A stretch of DNA of 42,375 nucleotides from Cyanophora paradoxa CCMP329 (GCA_004431415.1 QPMI01000319.1:1-42375); one strand, 5' to 3'; positions 19,401 through 31,638 are shown, counted from the first letter of the stretch. Numbers and translations: made by a program. The notes: generated by a model from the letters alone, not told the origin.

Positions 19401-22400
19401 ACCCACACGAAACAGCAGGCAGGGAGCGCTGGGATTCGCCAGAGCACCCTGGCAAATTTGCATGATAGGGAGGGGTGTTAGTTTTCTAGTTTGGGGGTTG
19501 GGTTCGGGGCTGCCCCCATCACCCCCTGAAATCTCACAGGGGTCCCCACCCACAGGAAACAGCAGGCAGGGAGTGCTGGGATTTGCCAGAGCACTCTGGC
19601 AGGTTTGCATGATAGGGAGGGGTGTAAGGTTTCTAGTTTCGGGGTTGGGTTCGGGGCTGCCACCATCGCCCCCCGAAATCTTACAGGGGTCCCCACCCAC
19701 ACGAAACAGCAGGCAGGGAGCGCTGGGATTCGCCAGAGCACTCTGGCAGGTTTGCCTGATAGGGAGGGGTGTTAGTTTTCTAGTTTCGAGGTTGGGTTCG
19801 GGGCTGCCCCCATTGCCCCCCAAAATCTGACAGGGATCCCCACCGACACGAAACAGCAGGCAGGTAGTGCTGGGATTTGCCAGAGCACTCTGGCAGGTTT
19901 GCATGATAGGGAGGGGTGTAAGTTTTCTAGTTTCGGGGTTGGGTGCGGGGCTGCCCACAAAACAGCAGGCAGGGAGCGCTGGGATTCGCCAGAGCACTCT
20001 GGCAGGTTTGCCTGATAGGGAGGGGTGTTAGTTTTCTAGTTTCCAGGTTGGGTTCGGGGCTGCCCCCATTGCCCCCCAAAATCTGACAGGGATCCCCACC
20101 AACACGAAACAGCAGGCAGGTAGTGCTGGGATTTGCCAGAGCACTCTGGCAGGTTTGCATGATAGGGAGGGGTGTAAGTTTTCTAGTTTCGGGGTTGGGT
20201 TCGGGGCTGCCACCATCGCCCCCCAAAATCTGACAGGGGTCCCCACCCACACGAAACAGCAGGCAGGGAGCGCTGGGATTCGCCAGAGCACCCTGGCAAA
20301 TTTGCATGATAGGGAGGGGTGTTAGTTTTCTAGTTTCGGGGTTGGGTTCGGGGCTGCCCCCATCACCCCCTGAAATCTGACAGACCCCTGTGAGATTTTG
20401 GGGGGCGATCGGGGCAGCCCGAAACCCAACCTCGAAACTAGAAAACTAACACCCCTCCCTATCATGCAAACCTGCCAGAGTGCTCTGGCGGATCCCAGCG
20501 CCCCCTGCCTGCTGTTTCGTGTGGGTGGGGACCCACAGAAATCCCCACCCACATGAAACAGCAGGCAGATCGGATTCGCCAGAGCACTCTCGCAGGTTTG
20601 CATGATAGGGCGGGGTGTTAGGTTTCTAGTTTTGAAGTTGGGTTCGGGGCTGCCCCCATCGCCCCCCGATATCTCACAGGGGTCCCCACCCACATGAAAC
20701 AGCAGGAACGGGGGGCTGGGATTCACCAGAGCACTCTGGCAGTTTTGTATGATAGGGTGGGGTGTTAGTTTTCTAGTTTCGAGGTTGGGTTCAGGGCCCC
20801 CCCCATCGCCTCCTGAAATCTCGGAGGGGTCCCCACCCACACCAAACAGCAGGCAGGGAGCGCTGGTATTCGCCAGAGCACTCTGGCAGGTTTGCATGAT
20901 AGGGCGGGGTGTTAGGTTTCTAGTTTCGGTGTTGGGTTCGGGGTGGCTCCAACCGCCCCCCGAAATTTCACAGGGGTCCCCACCCACACGAAACAGCAGG
21001 CAGGGAGCGCTGGGATTCGCCAGAGCACTCTGGCAGGTTTGCATGATAGGGAGGGGTGTAAGTTTTCTAGTTTCGAGGTTGGGTTCGGGGCTGCCCCCAT
21101 TGCCCCCCAAAATCTGACAGGGGTCCCCACCCACACAAAACAGCAGGAAGGGGGCGCTGGGATTCGCCAGAGCACTCTGGCAGGTTTGCATGATAGGGAG
21201 GGGTGTTAGTTTTCTGGTTTCGAAGTTGGGTTCGGGGCTGCCCCCATCGCCCCCCGAAATTTCACAGGGGTCCCCACCCACACGAAACAGCAGGCAGGGA
21301 GAGTTGGGACTCGCCAGAGCACTCTGGCAGGTTTGCAGCAGGTTTGCATGATAGGGAGGGGTGTAAGGTTTCTAGTTTCGAGGTTGGGTTCGGGGCTGCC
21401 CCGATCGCCCCACGAAATCTCACAGAAATCCCCACCCACATGAAACAGCAGGCAGATCGGATTCGCCAGAGCACTCTCGCAGGTTTGCATGATAGGGCGG
21501 GGTGTTAGTTTTCTAGTTTCGAGGTTGGGTGCGGGGCTGCCCCCATTGCCCCCCGAAATTTCACAGGGGCCCCCACCCACACGAAACAGCAGGAAGGGGG
21601 CGCTGGGATTCGCCAGAGCACTCTGGCGGGTTTGCATGATAGGGAGGGGTGTAAGTTTTCTAGTTTCGAGGTTGGGTTCGGGGCTGCCCCCATTGCCCCC
21701 CAAAATCTGACAGGGGTCCCCACCCACACAAAACAGCAGGAAGGGGGCGCTGGGATTCGCCAGAGCACTCTGGCAGGTTTGCATGATAGGGAGGGGTGTA
21801 AGTTTTCTGGTTTCGAAGTTGGGTTCGGGGCTGCCCCCATCGCCCCCCGAAATTTCACAGGGGTCCCCACCCACACGAAACAGCAGGCAGGGAGAGCTGG
21901 GATTCGCCAGAGCACTCTGGCAGGTTTGCAGCAGGTTTGCATGATAGGGAGGGGTGTAAGGTTTCTAGTTTCGAGGTTGGGTTCGGGGCTGCCCCGATCG
22001 CCCCACGAAATCTCACAGAAATCCCCACCCACATGAAACAGCAGGCAGATCGGATTCGCCAGAGCACTCTCGCTGGTTTGCATGATAGGGCGGGGTGTTA
22101 GTTTTCTAGTTTCGAGGTTGGGTGCGGGGCTGCCCCCATTGCCCCCCGAAATTTCACAGGGGTCCCCACCCACACGAAACAGCAGGAAGGGGGCGCTGGG
22201 ATTCGCCAGAGCACTCTGGCTGGTTTGCATGATAGGGCAGGGTGTTAGTTTTCTGGTTTCGAAGTTGGGTTCGGGGCTGCCCCCATCGCCCCCCGAAATT
22301 TCACAGGGGTCCCCACCCAACCTGGACACTGGAAAACAAATACCCCTCACTATCATGCAAACCTGCCTGCCCATGTGGGGAGCAGTTGCTGTCCAAGAAA

Positions 22401-22578
22401 GATGCAATTGCAACACCCCTCCCTATCATGCAAACCAGCCAGAGTGCTCTGGGGAATCCCAGCGCTCCCTGCCTGCTGTTTCCTGTGGGGGTGGGGACCC
22501 CTGTGAGATTTCGGGTGGCGATGGGGGCGGCCCCCAACCCAACCTCGAAACTAGAAACCTAACACCCCTCCCTATCAT
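16447..22578. repeat. Large 147-bp satellite block (about 40 monomers) with inversions and local higher-order repeats
   Basis: Orientation switches near 16599, 17073, 20384, 20535, 22319; 855-bp duplication (18329 vs 19184) and 593-bp unit (21262 vs 21855). Confidence 0.96.
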
Positions 22579-22706
22579 GTCGGGGGCAGGGATCCCCCAG
22601 CAGCTGAGGGGGCTGTGAGATATCGGGGGCAGCGGGTGGCCCCGGCCTCGAGAGCTCATTTCCGTTGCGAATGAGCGTCCACTGCATTTTTCTTTGAAGC
22701 GGAACA

Positions 22707-23831
22707 ATGTGCAGGAAAATAGCAGTTGTAGGCATTTTTGGATTATCTGCCGTGCATCTCCTGTCATCGGTAGCTAGCGTGTACCTGTCTAAGCTGTCAA
22801 ACGCGGACTCCCTGTATTCAATTTGCTCTGACGCCACTGACCATGAAATAGTCTTAGAGCCATACAAATCAGATCACTCAGCCTTCAATATAACCTGCCC
22901 TCGATTTGTCTGGCAGAAACTTACTGACCACGCTGGCATCGGTCATCGAATCGCTGAATGGGCCACATCGTTGACAGTTGCGCGATTGTTCAACCTCACG
23001 TTTGTTCACGATCCATTTGTGTCGGTGCACGGAGAGCACGGAGATCAAAGCGGATGGGAAGACTTTCTCGGTCTTGGGGTCGGCGAAATCCAGATTGGAT
23101 TTCTTAGGGCACTGAATACTACCGTGATAGACTTGCCTCCACTTGAGCCAAAATATGGAAATGATGCTTTGTATAATACATATTCTATCATGATAAGAGA
23201 GTCCAGTGAGTGCAACGTACTCTTCCGCCTCCCATTGGGATTTGCATACGACATTCAGCGTCTTACGAAATCAATCGCTGCGCATAAATACAGAACTGCT
23301 CTTCGTAAAATCCAGATATCCTCAAAGTTTTCGTGCAGACCGTGCATAAACATTGCTGTTCACTTCCGTGTTGGTGATATACAACCCACATCTGAGACTT
23401 ATGTTTACAGGGTTTTGTGTAATGTTCTTCAAGAGATTCGCGATTTTTCAAGCAGTTATACTTTTGCTGTTGAAGTGCATGTTTTTGCTGAGAACTTTGG
23501 CAAAGAAAGGTTCATTCTCTTAAATAGGGTCGAAAACGTTACCTTTCATCCATCAGCAAGCGCTCAAGATGCTTTTTATCACTTTACCCAAAGTGATATT
23601 CTTATAATGACACAGAGTGGCCTTGGTGAACAGGCTGCGCTCGTCTCCACAAAACCTCTCGTATTTTCACCACCGACAAGGTTGTCTGTACCATCCAAAT
23701 TTTTTCCAGAAGGATCTGTGCAATGTGATCGTGATGGGAACTGCGGTCTCGAAGGTTTTAATCGATTGAGAGCTTTTCTTATCCGGAAAAAAATGTTTAC
23801 TCTTTGTCAAAGACTGAGAGATAAAGGATGA
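22707..23831 (+). CDS. Intronless fucosyltransferase-superfamily glycosyltransferase (GT11/GT23/NodZ-like), type II membrane
   Basis: N-terminal hydrophobic anchor; AGIGHRI, IAVHFRVGD (HxRxGD motif I), VHVFAE, DAFYHFTQSDILIMTQSGLG; intact 374 aa. Confidence 0.75.
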   Translation: MCRKIAVVGIFGLSAVHLLSSVASVYLSKLSNADSLYSICSDATDHEIVLEPYKSDHSAFNITCPRFVWQKLTDHAGIGHRIAEWATSLTVARLFNLTFVHDPFVSVHGEHGDQSGWEDFLGLGVGEIQIGFLRALNTTVIDLPPLEPKYGNDALYNTYSIMIRESSECNVLFRLPLGFAYDIQRLTKSIAAHKYRTALRKIQISSKFSCRPCINIAVHFRVGDIQPTSETYVYRVLCNVLQEIRDFSSSYTFAVEVHVFAENFGKERFILLNRVENVTFHPSASAQDAFYHFTQSDILIMTQSGLGEQAALVSTKPLVFSPPTRLSVPSKFFPEGSVQCDRDGNCGLEGFNRLRAFLIRKKMFTLCQRLRDKG

Positions 23832-23952
23832 AGACAAAGCATGTGATCACCATGCAAATCAAGATCATTCCAGACATGTTTCATAACCGTTTGCTCAGTC
23901 AATTCTGGGAAACACTCCTTGGAACGCTCGGAAGGGAGCGCTGGGATTCGCA

Positions 23953-24480
23953 ATCACCACCATCAGAAAACTGTCCAGAATCGTGAGAATCGCGCTGGGT
24001 ATAGTGCCCACCGCGACCTCCATGTCCTCCACGTCCAAAATTATAATTACCACGCCAACAGTCACCCTGGGGGCGAGAACTCACTTGGCGTCCAATCTGA
24101 TCTTACTTATCAAGAACTGCATTATTGGTGCGCTTAATCGCAGAGCGCAAATCATCAATTCTCTCGTCTACTTTAATTCCAAAACTCTTCAATTTTTCAT
24201 CCATTAAATATTCTACTTCAGACTTCGTCATGGGGGAAGAAGTAGAGGAAGACTTCATGTCTCTTACTTCAGGAAGAACCAGAGCCACACTCTGTAGTAA
24301 GAGACATGAAACCCAGGTCTCCCTTGGAATGAGAGCCCGCTGCAGAGTCCTGCAATTTCTTCTCCCACAACTGTTTGAGTCTGAAATATAATTTTTGTTT
24401 ATTATTGATTTCCATAGGCAAATTTCCAGGCAAATTCAATTAATTTCAAATATCTTTTATAACTACATCCTCAGTCAAAT
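23953..24480 (-). mobile_element. gag: Disrupted gag C-terminal fragment paralogous to the gag of copy B
   Basis: MTKSEVEYLMDEKLKSFGIKVDERIDDLR...RTNNAVLD and SRPQGDCWRGNYNFGR match [12 protein letters not shown]...[17 protein letters not shown]...RTSSIILD and [18 protein letters not shown]. Boundaries approximate. Confidence 0.78.
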
Positions 24481-24482
24481 CG

Positions 24483-24662
24483 CAGAGTGCTCTGGCGAAT
24501 CCCGGCGCTCCCTGCCTGCTGTTTCGTGTGGGTGGGGACCCCTGTGAGATTTCGGGGGGCGATGGGGGTAGCCCGGAACCCAACCTCGAAACCAGAAAAC
24601 TAACACCCCTCCCTATCATGCAAACCTGCCAGAGCGCTCTGGCGAATCCTAGTGCTCTCTCC
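24483..24662. repeat. About 1.2 monomers of the 147-bp satellite
   Basis: CAGAGTGCTCTGGC...CCAGAGCGCTCTGGCGAATCC. Confidence 0.93.
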
Positions 24663-24904
24663 CTATGCTGGAGATATCTGATTTGAATATATGACGGGTT
24701 GCGGCCAGAAATGATCAAAGAACACTTGGGAGAACATGTTTACCGTCATTTGCAAGAGTCTCGTGTATTTATTCCAGAAGCCAGTACAAGCCCCCAACTG
24801 ACTACCACACGCAAGGCACAGGGCTACCCTACGAGGGGAGTTTGGGTCCGAGATACAACATTTCTCGCTCCGTAGTCGAGAGGGCCACGTACTCGCTGGC
24901 CAAC

Positions 24905-25196
24905 TCAATCACGCTCAACGTAGGGAATGAGACGATTGGCGTGAACCGTGATCTTGTCACCGGTAGAATAGCCAAGCTTGTTATCGCCACCAACAAAACG
25001 AACCACGTAGGACACACCATGTCCACGAGAGGCATCAGCAACGATCTCCCAAGGACCAGTGAATTTGGGGTCCATCTTGCGCAAACGAGTCGAAGGGGTC
25101 TTGACACAGACCAATTCACCCTGAACGAACAACGGGTCACGCGAGGGTGAGGCAGCTTGCCCTTGTGCATCCTGTCGAGCTTGCCGAACCAAATCA
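24905..25196 (-). pseudogene. Integrase C-terminal GPY/F domain of copy B
   Basis: FVQGELVCV...KMDPKFTGPWEIV...VHANRLIPY then stop; no chromodomain. Confidence 0.85.
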
Positions 25197-27012
25197 GAAG
25201 ATTTTGCGAGGAACTCCACCACGATCAGAAGAGATTTTGCGAGGAACTCCATGTTCAGGAATCCAATGTTCGAAAAGTGCGCGAACAGCGACAGTGGCCA
25301 ACTTGGACCGTGCAGGCACTGCGGTGCCCCATCGAGTAAAAACATCGACAATTGTCACCACGTACTTATTACCACGACTTGATTTGGGAAATGGTCCAAC
25401 GATGTCGATCTCGATATGTTGCATAGGAGCATCAGCAACAACAGGTACAGTCGGAAGATTTGAAGAGGTTGGCTTCGGTTTAATCAACTGACACTTGTGG
25501 CAGCTCCGAACGTAATCATAGACATCGCGACGCAAATTCTTCCAATAGTAACGAGATGAGACAAGATCGATCAACTTGGTCACTCCAGGATGTCCGAAAT
25601 TGTCATGAAGAGCCCGAAGGACCTGTTGAGTCATGGGGTACGGAACAACGACTTGAAAAGAATCAGATCCAGTTCGTTGGCGACAAAGAACATCACACTT
25701 CAGTACGAATTTCCCACTCTTGAGAGTTCGCTCCACTGACTTGTCCACGCCCTCAGGAAGGACAAGCACATCATCTTCAAGATACCTGATCATGGTGTTG
25801 AGCAACGGATCCTCAAGTTGAGCAGCTCTAATATCAGAAGCAGAAAGAGATAAGTCAAGCTCAACTGCATTCACAAGAATAGGGATGAGAATGATAGGAG
25901 AAATTAGAGACAACCCCTCAATCTTGGCAACAACTCGCTTCACAAGTCTCGAAAGTGCATCGGCATCAGCATTCAGGGTACCAGACTTTTGAGAAATTTC
26001 ATAATTGTACTCCTGCATTCCAAGAATCCAGAGGGTAATCCGAGCATTTGGGAACTCCTTATTCGACTTCATATACTGGAGAGCACTGTGATCCGACTTG
26101 ATGAAGAACTTGGGGCCTTTCAGATAATGTGAAAACTTTTTTGTCACAGCCCAGTAAACAGCATATAACTCCTGCTCAGTAACTGTCCACTTCTGTTGCT
26201 CGTCTGATAATGGCTCTGCAGCATATGCAATAACAACCTCCTTGTTCCACTTGCGCTCAGCTGGGGTGAGGCTCTTAGAAGCAAATGAAATGACTCGCTC
26301 CTGACCATTGTCATCCAGTTGCGACAACACAGCACCAATGCCAGTTTTCGAAGCATCTGTTTTGAGGATAAAAGTCTTCTTGAAATCTGGATATGCAAGA
26401 ATAGGAGAGGAACACAATAACTCCTTGAGCTTCTGAAAAGCAAAGTCTTGTGATTCTCCCCATACAAACAAATTCTTGGATTTCAGCAAATCATATAATG
26501 GAGAAGCAATGATTGCACATGAAGGTATGAAGACCCTGTAGTAATTCACTAAACCTAAGAAAGACCTGACTTCTGATACAGATGTTGGAGTCTTGAAATT
26601 CTTCACAGCCTGAACTTTGCTGTCACAAGGCTTGATTCCTTCTCGGCACACAACAAATCCAAGGTACTCAGCTTCAGCCTTGAAGAAACGACACTTGCGT
26701 GCTTTTAACCGCAGGTGAGCAGCAATCAGCTGATCAAAAACCCATTCAAGATGTTCGAAGTGCTCCTTCAGACTCCTGGAAAAGACACAAATATCATCGA
26801 GATAGACAAGAATAAAGATGTAAAGGTATGCTCCTAACACTCCATTCATCAACATCTGAAATGTCGCAGGGGCCGTTTTGAGGCCCTGAGGCATGACATT
26901 CCACTCATACAAACCAGTTGGTGTCCTAAAAGCTGTCTTTGGCCGATCCTTATCACTCATCTTGACATTCCAATATCCATCATCACAACCTGCAACAGAT
27001 ATATATATATAT
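25194..27012 (-). pseudogene. pol: RT, RNase H, integrase Zn finger and partial core of copy B
   Basis: KTAF, MPQGLKTAPATFQ, VYLDD, TDAS, SDHSAL, NADADALSR, LHDNFGHPG...CHKC, IDIVGP, SSDRG; first RT catalytic Asp position reads G (ISVAGCDDGYW). Confidence 0.93.
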
Positions 27013-27051
27013 GGATCCAGAAAGAGCTTCAAGAGCATCATCAATTCTTGG

Positions 27052-29208
27052 TCAGGGATATGCATCATCCTTGGTAACACTGTTGAGCCTTCTGTAATCA
27101 ATACAGAAGCGATATGAGCCATCCTTCTTCCGCACAAGGACCACTGGGGCGGCCCAAGGGCTTCTCAAAGGACGAATCAAATTCCTGTTGATCAGCTTTT
27201 GAGTCTCTTGAACGATCTTTTGGCGCTGGTCAAAAGAGAGACGTCTTGGAGGTTCAGCAATCGGCTTTGCATCTCCAGTGTCAATGCTATGCTCAATAGG
27301 AGGAGCAGGTCTGGACTCATCATGTTTCCACTGACCCTCAGCAAAAACTTCATGCTTCCTTGCCAAGAAATCCCACATAAGCTTCCTTTCATCAAGATTA
27401 TCATCAGCTGAACCAACACTGCATGGAGAAATGAGGCTTGCAACATTTTCACCAAATCGCTCCCGAATCTCCTTCAGAATCACTTCATCAACTGAAGACA
27501 CTGATATGGAACCTGATTGCGACAAGACAGAACACTTTTTATCGCTATCTACGGGAATCGAGTTATTTACAACAGAATCTGAAACTCTTCTACTTGAATC
27601 ATCGGAAGAAGGCTGGAGAACAGCTTCGGACGCAGTGATATCTACTGAATCAGGACCCTTGTACTCAGAAGTGTGCACAAAACTTCCTTTCCCAGATGAG
27701 TCATAACTCAGCACCAGGTTGACATCACAGATTTTCGGCATGTTGTGGACAAATGATGTTTTACTCTTGCTTGGAACAAACCTGGCTAGCCGGGTACCTT
27801 CAGGTATTAATGCCGGTCCCCTGTCAGACCTTGGATCAAGATTGACAAGCAATACCTTGATACGTCCTCCACGACAATGAGCTGGGCCAGCTGACGAACC
27901 ACGGCGCTCAGCCGAGCGACCGCGATAACCACCAGAAGAATTTCCAAAATTGCGAGAATCACTTCCAGAATTAACAAATTTGTCATTCGAACGATTGCGA
28001 TCAAAATTATAATTCCCACGAGGCTGGTCACGCCAGCTATCACCACGAGGGCGATACTGCAACTGGCGAGACAACTGATCCATGCGATCCAAAATAATCG
28101 AAGAAGTGCGACGAGAATCATCGCGCAACTCATCGAACTGCTGGCGAGCTTCGTGCCGAATCTCGTTCAATTGGCGGCGAGTTTCGTCACGAAGTGAATC
28201 GAGCTTATCATCCACCTTCAAAGAAAACTGTTTAAGCTTCGATTCGACCCGCTCATCAATCAAAGACTCAATACGCTCCGAAGTGAGAGCGTTCAATCCA
28301 GAAACATTTTTCGGCGATCCAAAAGGAAGAGAAGCAATTCCAAAAGGAGAAACCGAAGAAAAAGAGGAAGTGCGATCGGTCCAAAGACTGCGCAGCCGAC
28401 GCAAAAAGCGAAGTTTGTTGTCGTCCAATTCAGCAGGTAGCTCACCCAACTTCAGATCATCACTCCAAAATTTGTTAAGTTTGTTGTCGTCCAATTCAGC
28501 AGGTAGCTCACCCAACTTCAGATCATCACTCCAAATTTGTTTCACCACAACTTTCTCGAGAATGCCAGCTTCCTCCGCTCGCTTCATCTTCTCCACAGCA
28601 AAGTCCTCAAAATTGACTTGAGTACCAGCCTGGAGACAAGCACTCTGGTATGTGTAGGACCAGAAATTGCGAGCAGAATCCGTCTGGACATCCGAATGCA
28701 TAAAGTGATCCTCGAATTTTTTAAGAAAAGTCGTCCAATTGTCACATTCAAGGACCACTCGAGAAAAGTCATGGGCCCCAGCTGCCTCATTGAAAACAGA
28801 CTGGAGTTTTAACTGCACATGGGGCCAAGCATAGTCAAAATCAGCCTTTGCCTGAGCCGTCCATGTGGAGTAAGGAGTGGTGTCCACAGCAGGAAGGACA
28901 TAGATCGCCTTCAGCACATCGCGAACATTTTTAAGGAATCTAGAAGGAGCAGAATACTCAAATTTGGGGAGAAGAAGATTCCGCAGGAGCGGCTTAATCA
29001 AGTCCACCCTAGGCTGGGCAGCCATGATGTCCTCCTGGTCAATGTCCACAGAAACGTTGTCCTCGTCAGCCAGCCTTCCTGCCTGTGCGGAGAGCAGGAT
29101 AGCTTTATTTATACAGTCGTTAACTAAGGTCCTCAGGAAGGGCCCAAGCCTACGACGGTACACTGCTCGAATAGTGTTGCTTGACGAGGCCAGTGTTCAA
29201 GAAAACAT
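27052..29208 (-). pseudogene. gag-pol: gag, partial dUTPase-like spacer and RT N-terminus of copy B
   Basis: ATG at 29208 then TTT TCT TGA in frame with ORF 27052-29163; coiled-coil and RG-rich gag end; [46 protein letters not shown]. Confidence 0.88.
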
Positions 29209-29542
29209 TTCAGATCGTTCCAAAAGAAAGAAAGAGAGATGAAGAGAGATTCCAAAAGGAGAGAAAAGAGACAACTCCGGAAACTCGCGGGATTCCACGG
29301 AAAACGGAGGTATCACAATCAAACGACCTCGGCCAGCCGGCCAAGAGCGCACACAGCTTCGAACATGAGATTCATGAGTGAATCGCGATGCAACAAGCTT
29401 ATGTTCTCCGCAAAATGGCGGAATCGACAATGAAAGGTCGCAGTGCGCAAATCGCTGCAGAACGCACTGTAAGCGTATACGCAATCAGAAGAACGATGCG
29501 CAGACGCTGTGAGACCGCTTTGTCGAACACTTCGCGTCGAAC

Positions 29543-29560
29543 ATTCCACCGCTGCCACGA
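29543..29560 (-). promoter_or_regulatory. Primer-binding site, tRNA-Leu type
   Basis: Minus strand TCGTGGCAGCGGTGGAAT matches the tRNA-Leu PBS TGGTGGCAGCGGTGGGAT (recalled) at 16/18; about 335 bp upstream of the gag ATG. Confidence 0.7.
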
Positions 29561-29562
29561 AA

Positions 29563-29791
29563 TACAATGGCTTCCGGCGGCAGCCCCGCTGATAAGAAGC
29601 TGCTTGAGTCTATACGATGGGTTCTAAGCCACTTCCGCACACGGCGCAGTGCCGTGCCGGGACGCACGTGCACACACGCGTAATATCCGCGTATGATTGA
29701 ATGACATACCCCTACACGAGGGACGGGGTATCACTAGCGTACATGCTACATTCGCTACGGCGAAAGGGAAGGGGAACTACGCTTCGCGACA
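29563..29791 (-). repeat. Putative 5' LTR of copy B (about 230 bp)
   Basis: Begins TGTCGCG exactly at the satellite junction and ends just before the PBS; no canonical CA end and no partner LTR visible. Confidence 0.5.
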
Positions 29792-31340
29792 CCAGAGTGC
29801 TCTGGCAAATCCCAGCGCTCCCTGCCTGCTGTTTCGTGTGGGTGGGGACCCCTGTGAGATTTCAGGGGGCAATGGGGGCAGCCCCAAACCCAACCTCGAA
29901 ACTAGAAAACTAACACCCCTCCCTATCATGCAAACCTGCCAGAGTGCTCTGGCGAATCCCAGCGCTCCCTGCCTGCTGTTTCATGTGGGTGGGGACCCCT
30001 GTGAAAATTTGGGGGCAGCCCCGAACCCAACCTCGAAACTAGAGAACTAACACCCCTCCCTATCATGCAAACCTGCCAGAGTGCTCTGGTGAATCCCAGC
30101 GCTCCCTTCCTGCTGTTTTGTGTTGGTGAGGACCCCTGTGAGATTTCGGGGGGCGATGGGGGCAGCCCCAAACCCAACTTCAAAACCAGAAAACTAACAC
30201 CCCTCCCTATCATGCAAACCAGCCAAGGTTCTCTGGCGAATCCCAGCGCTCCCTGTCTGCTGTTTCGTGTGGGTGGGAACCTGTGAGATTTCGGGGGGCG
30301 ATCGGGGCCGCCCCGAACCCAACCTCGAAACTAGAAACCTTACACCCCTCCCTATCATGCAAACCTGCCAGAGTGCTCTGGCAAATCCCAGCGCTCCCTG
30401 CCTGCTGTTTTGTGTGGGTGGGGACCCCTGTGAGATTTCGGGGGGCGATCGGGGCCGCCCCGAACCCAACCTCGAAACTAGAAACCTAACACCCCTCCCT
30501 ATCATGCAAACCTGCCAGAGTGCTCTGGCAAATCCCAGCGCTCCCTGCCTGCTGTTTTGTGTGGGTGGGGACCCCTGTGAGATTTTGGGGGGCGATCGGG
30601 GCCACCCCGAACCCAACCTCAAAACTAGAAAACTAACACCCCTCCCTATCATGCAAACCTGCCAGAGTGCTCTGGCAAATCCCAGCGCTCCCTGCCTGCT
30701 GTTTTGTGTGGGTGGGCACCCCTGTGAGATTTCGGGGGTCGATCGGGGCCGCCCCGAACACAACCTCGAAACTAGAGAACTAACACCCCTACCTATCATG
30801 CAAACCTGCCAGAGTGCTCTGGCGAATCCCAGCGCTCCCTGCCTGCTGTTTTGTGTGGGTGGGGACCCCTGTGAGATTTTGGGGGGCGATCGGGGCCACC
30901 CCGAACCCAACCTCAAAACTAGAAAACTAACACCCCTCCCTATCATGCAAACCTGCCAGAGTGCTCTGGCAAATCCCAGCGCTCCCTGCCTGCTGTTTTG
31001 TGTGGGTGGGCACCCCTGTGAGATTTCGGGGGTCGATCGGGGCCGCCCCGAACACAACCTCGAAACTAGAGAACTAACACCCCTACCTATCATGCAAACC
31101 TGCCAGAGTGCTCTGGCGAATCCCAGCGCTCCCTGCCTGCTGTTTTGTGTGGGTGGGGACCCCTGTGAGATTTCGGGGGGCGATGGGGGCCACCCCGAAC
31201 CCACCTTGAAACTAGAGAACTAACACCCCTTCCTATCACGCAAACCTGCCAGAGTGCTCTGGCGAATCCCAGCGCTCCCTGCCTGCTGTTTCGTGTGGGT
31301 GGGGACGTCTGTGAGATTTCCGGGGTCGATTGGGGCCGCC
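29792..31340. repeat. 147-bp satellite block with a 294-bp dimer repeat
   Basis: Alternating variants (GGDRGHPEPNLK / GVDRGRPEHNLE in translation) repeated in ~30560-31150. Confidence 0.95.
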
Positions 31341-31349
31341 ATCTTTGGA

Positions 31350-31613
31350 CTATGGACTGACTCCAAAATGACCTTGGTTTACGTAACCACTTGGTAATGG
31401 GAATACTTGCTGATTAATATAAACGCCATTAACATTATAACTTATCACAATATGATCGGTTCCAATCGAATTATAAATGCTGTTGGGAATCTCCGCATAC
31501 AAAACTCGACATTCTCGCGGTTTCGTTATTGGTGTAGTTAGTGAGACCTTGTAAGAGTTTTCTTTTTGTCCTTCTGATCGGTCTCTACTGTCGACATTGA
31601 TTAGCTGAATCAT
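31350..31613 (-). pseudogene. Putative minor capsid (penton) protein N-terminal fragment of a Polinton-like virus/NCLDV type
   Basis: MIQLINVDSRDRS...SYKVSLTTPITKPRECRVLYAEIPNSIYN...LPSGYV fits the hxhDSRDR...L..PI...h....IP.S.YN...hP.G.Y penton N-terminal pattern; AT-rich leader. Confidence 0.7.
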
Positions 31614-31638
31614 TTTATTATATGGTTATAGATAAACA

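Larger units (their letters stand above)
24663..29791 (-). mobile_element. Decayed, internally deleted Ty3/gypsy LTR retrotransposon (copy B)
   Basis: Order putative LTR-PBS-gag-(protease missing)-RT-RNase H-integrase; nonsense codons at 29197 and 27052, frameshift at the (AT)n tract ~27000-27012, integrase core deleted; no 3' LTR seen. Confidence 0.92.

Noticed and set aside
24905-25196. Chromovirus chromodomain on the integrase
   Set aside because: The frame stops right after the GPY/F domain (RLIPYVERD*).
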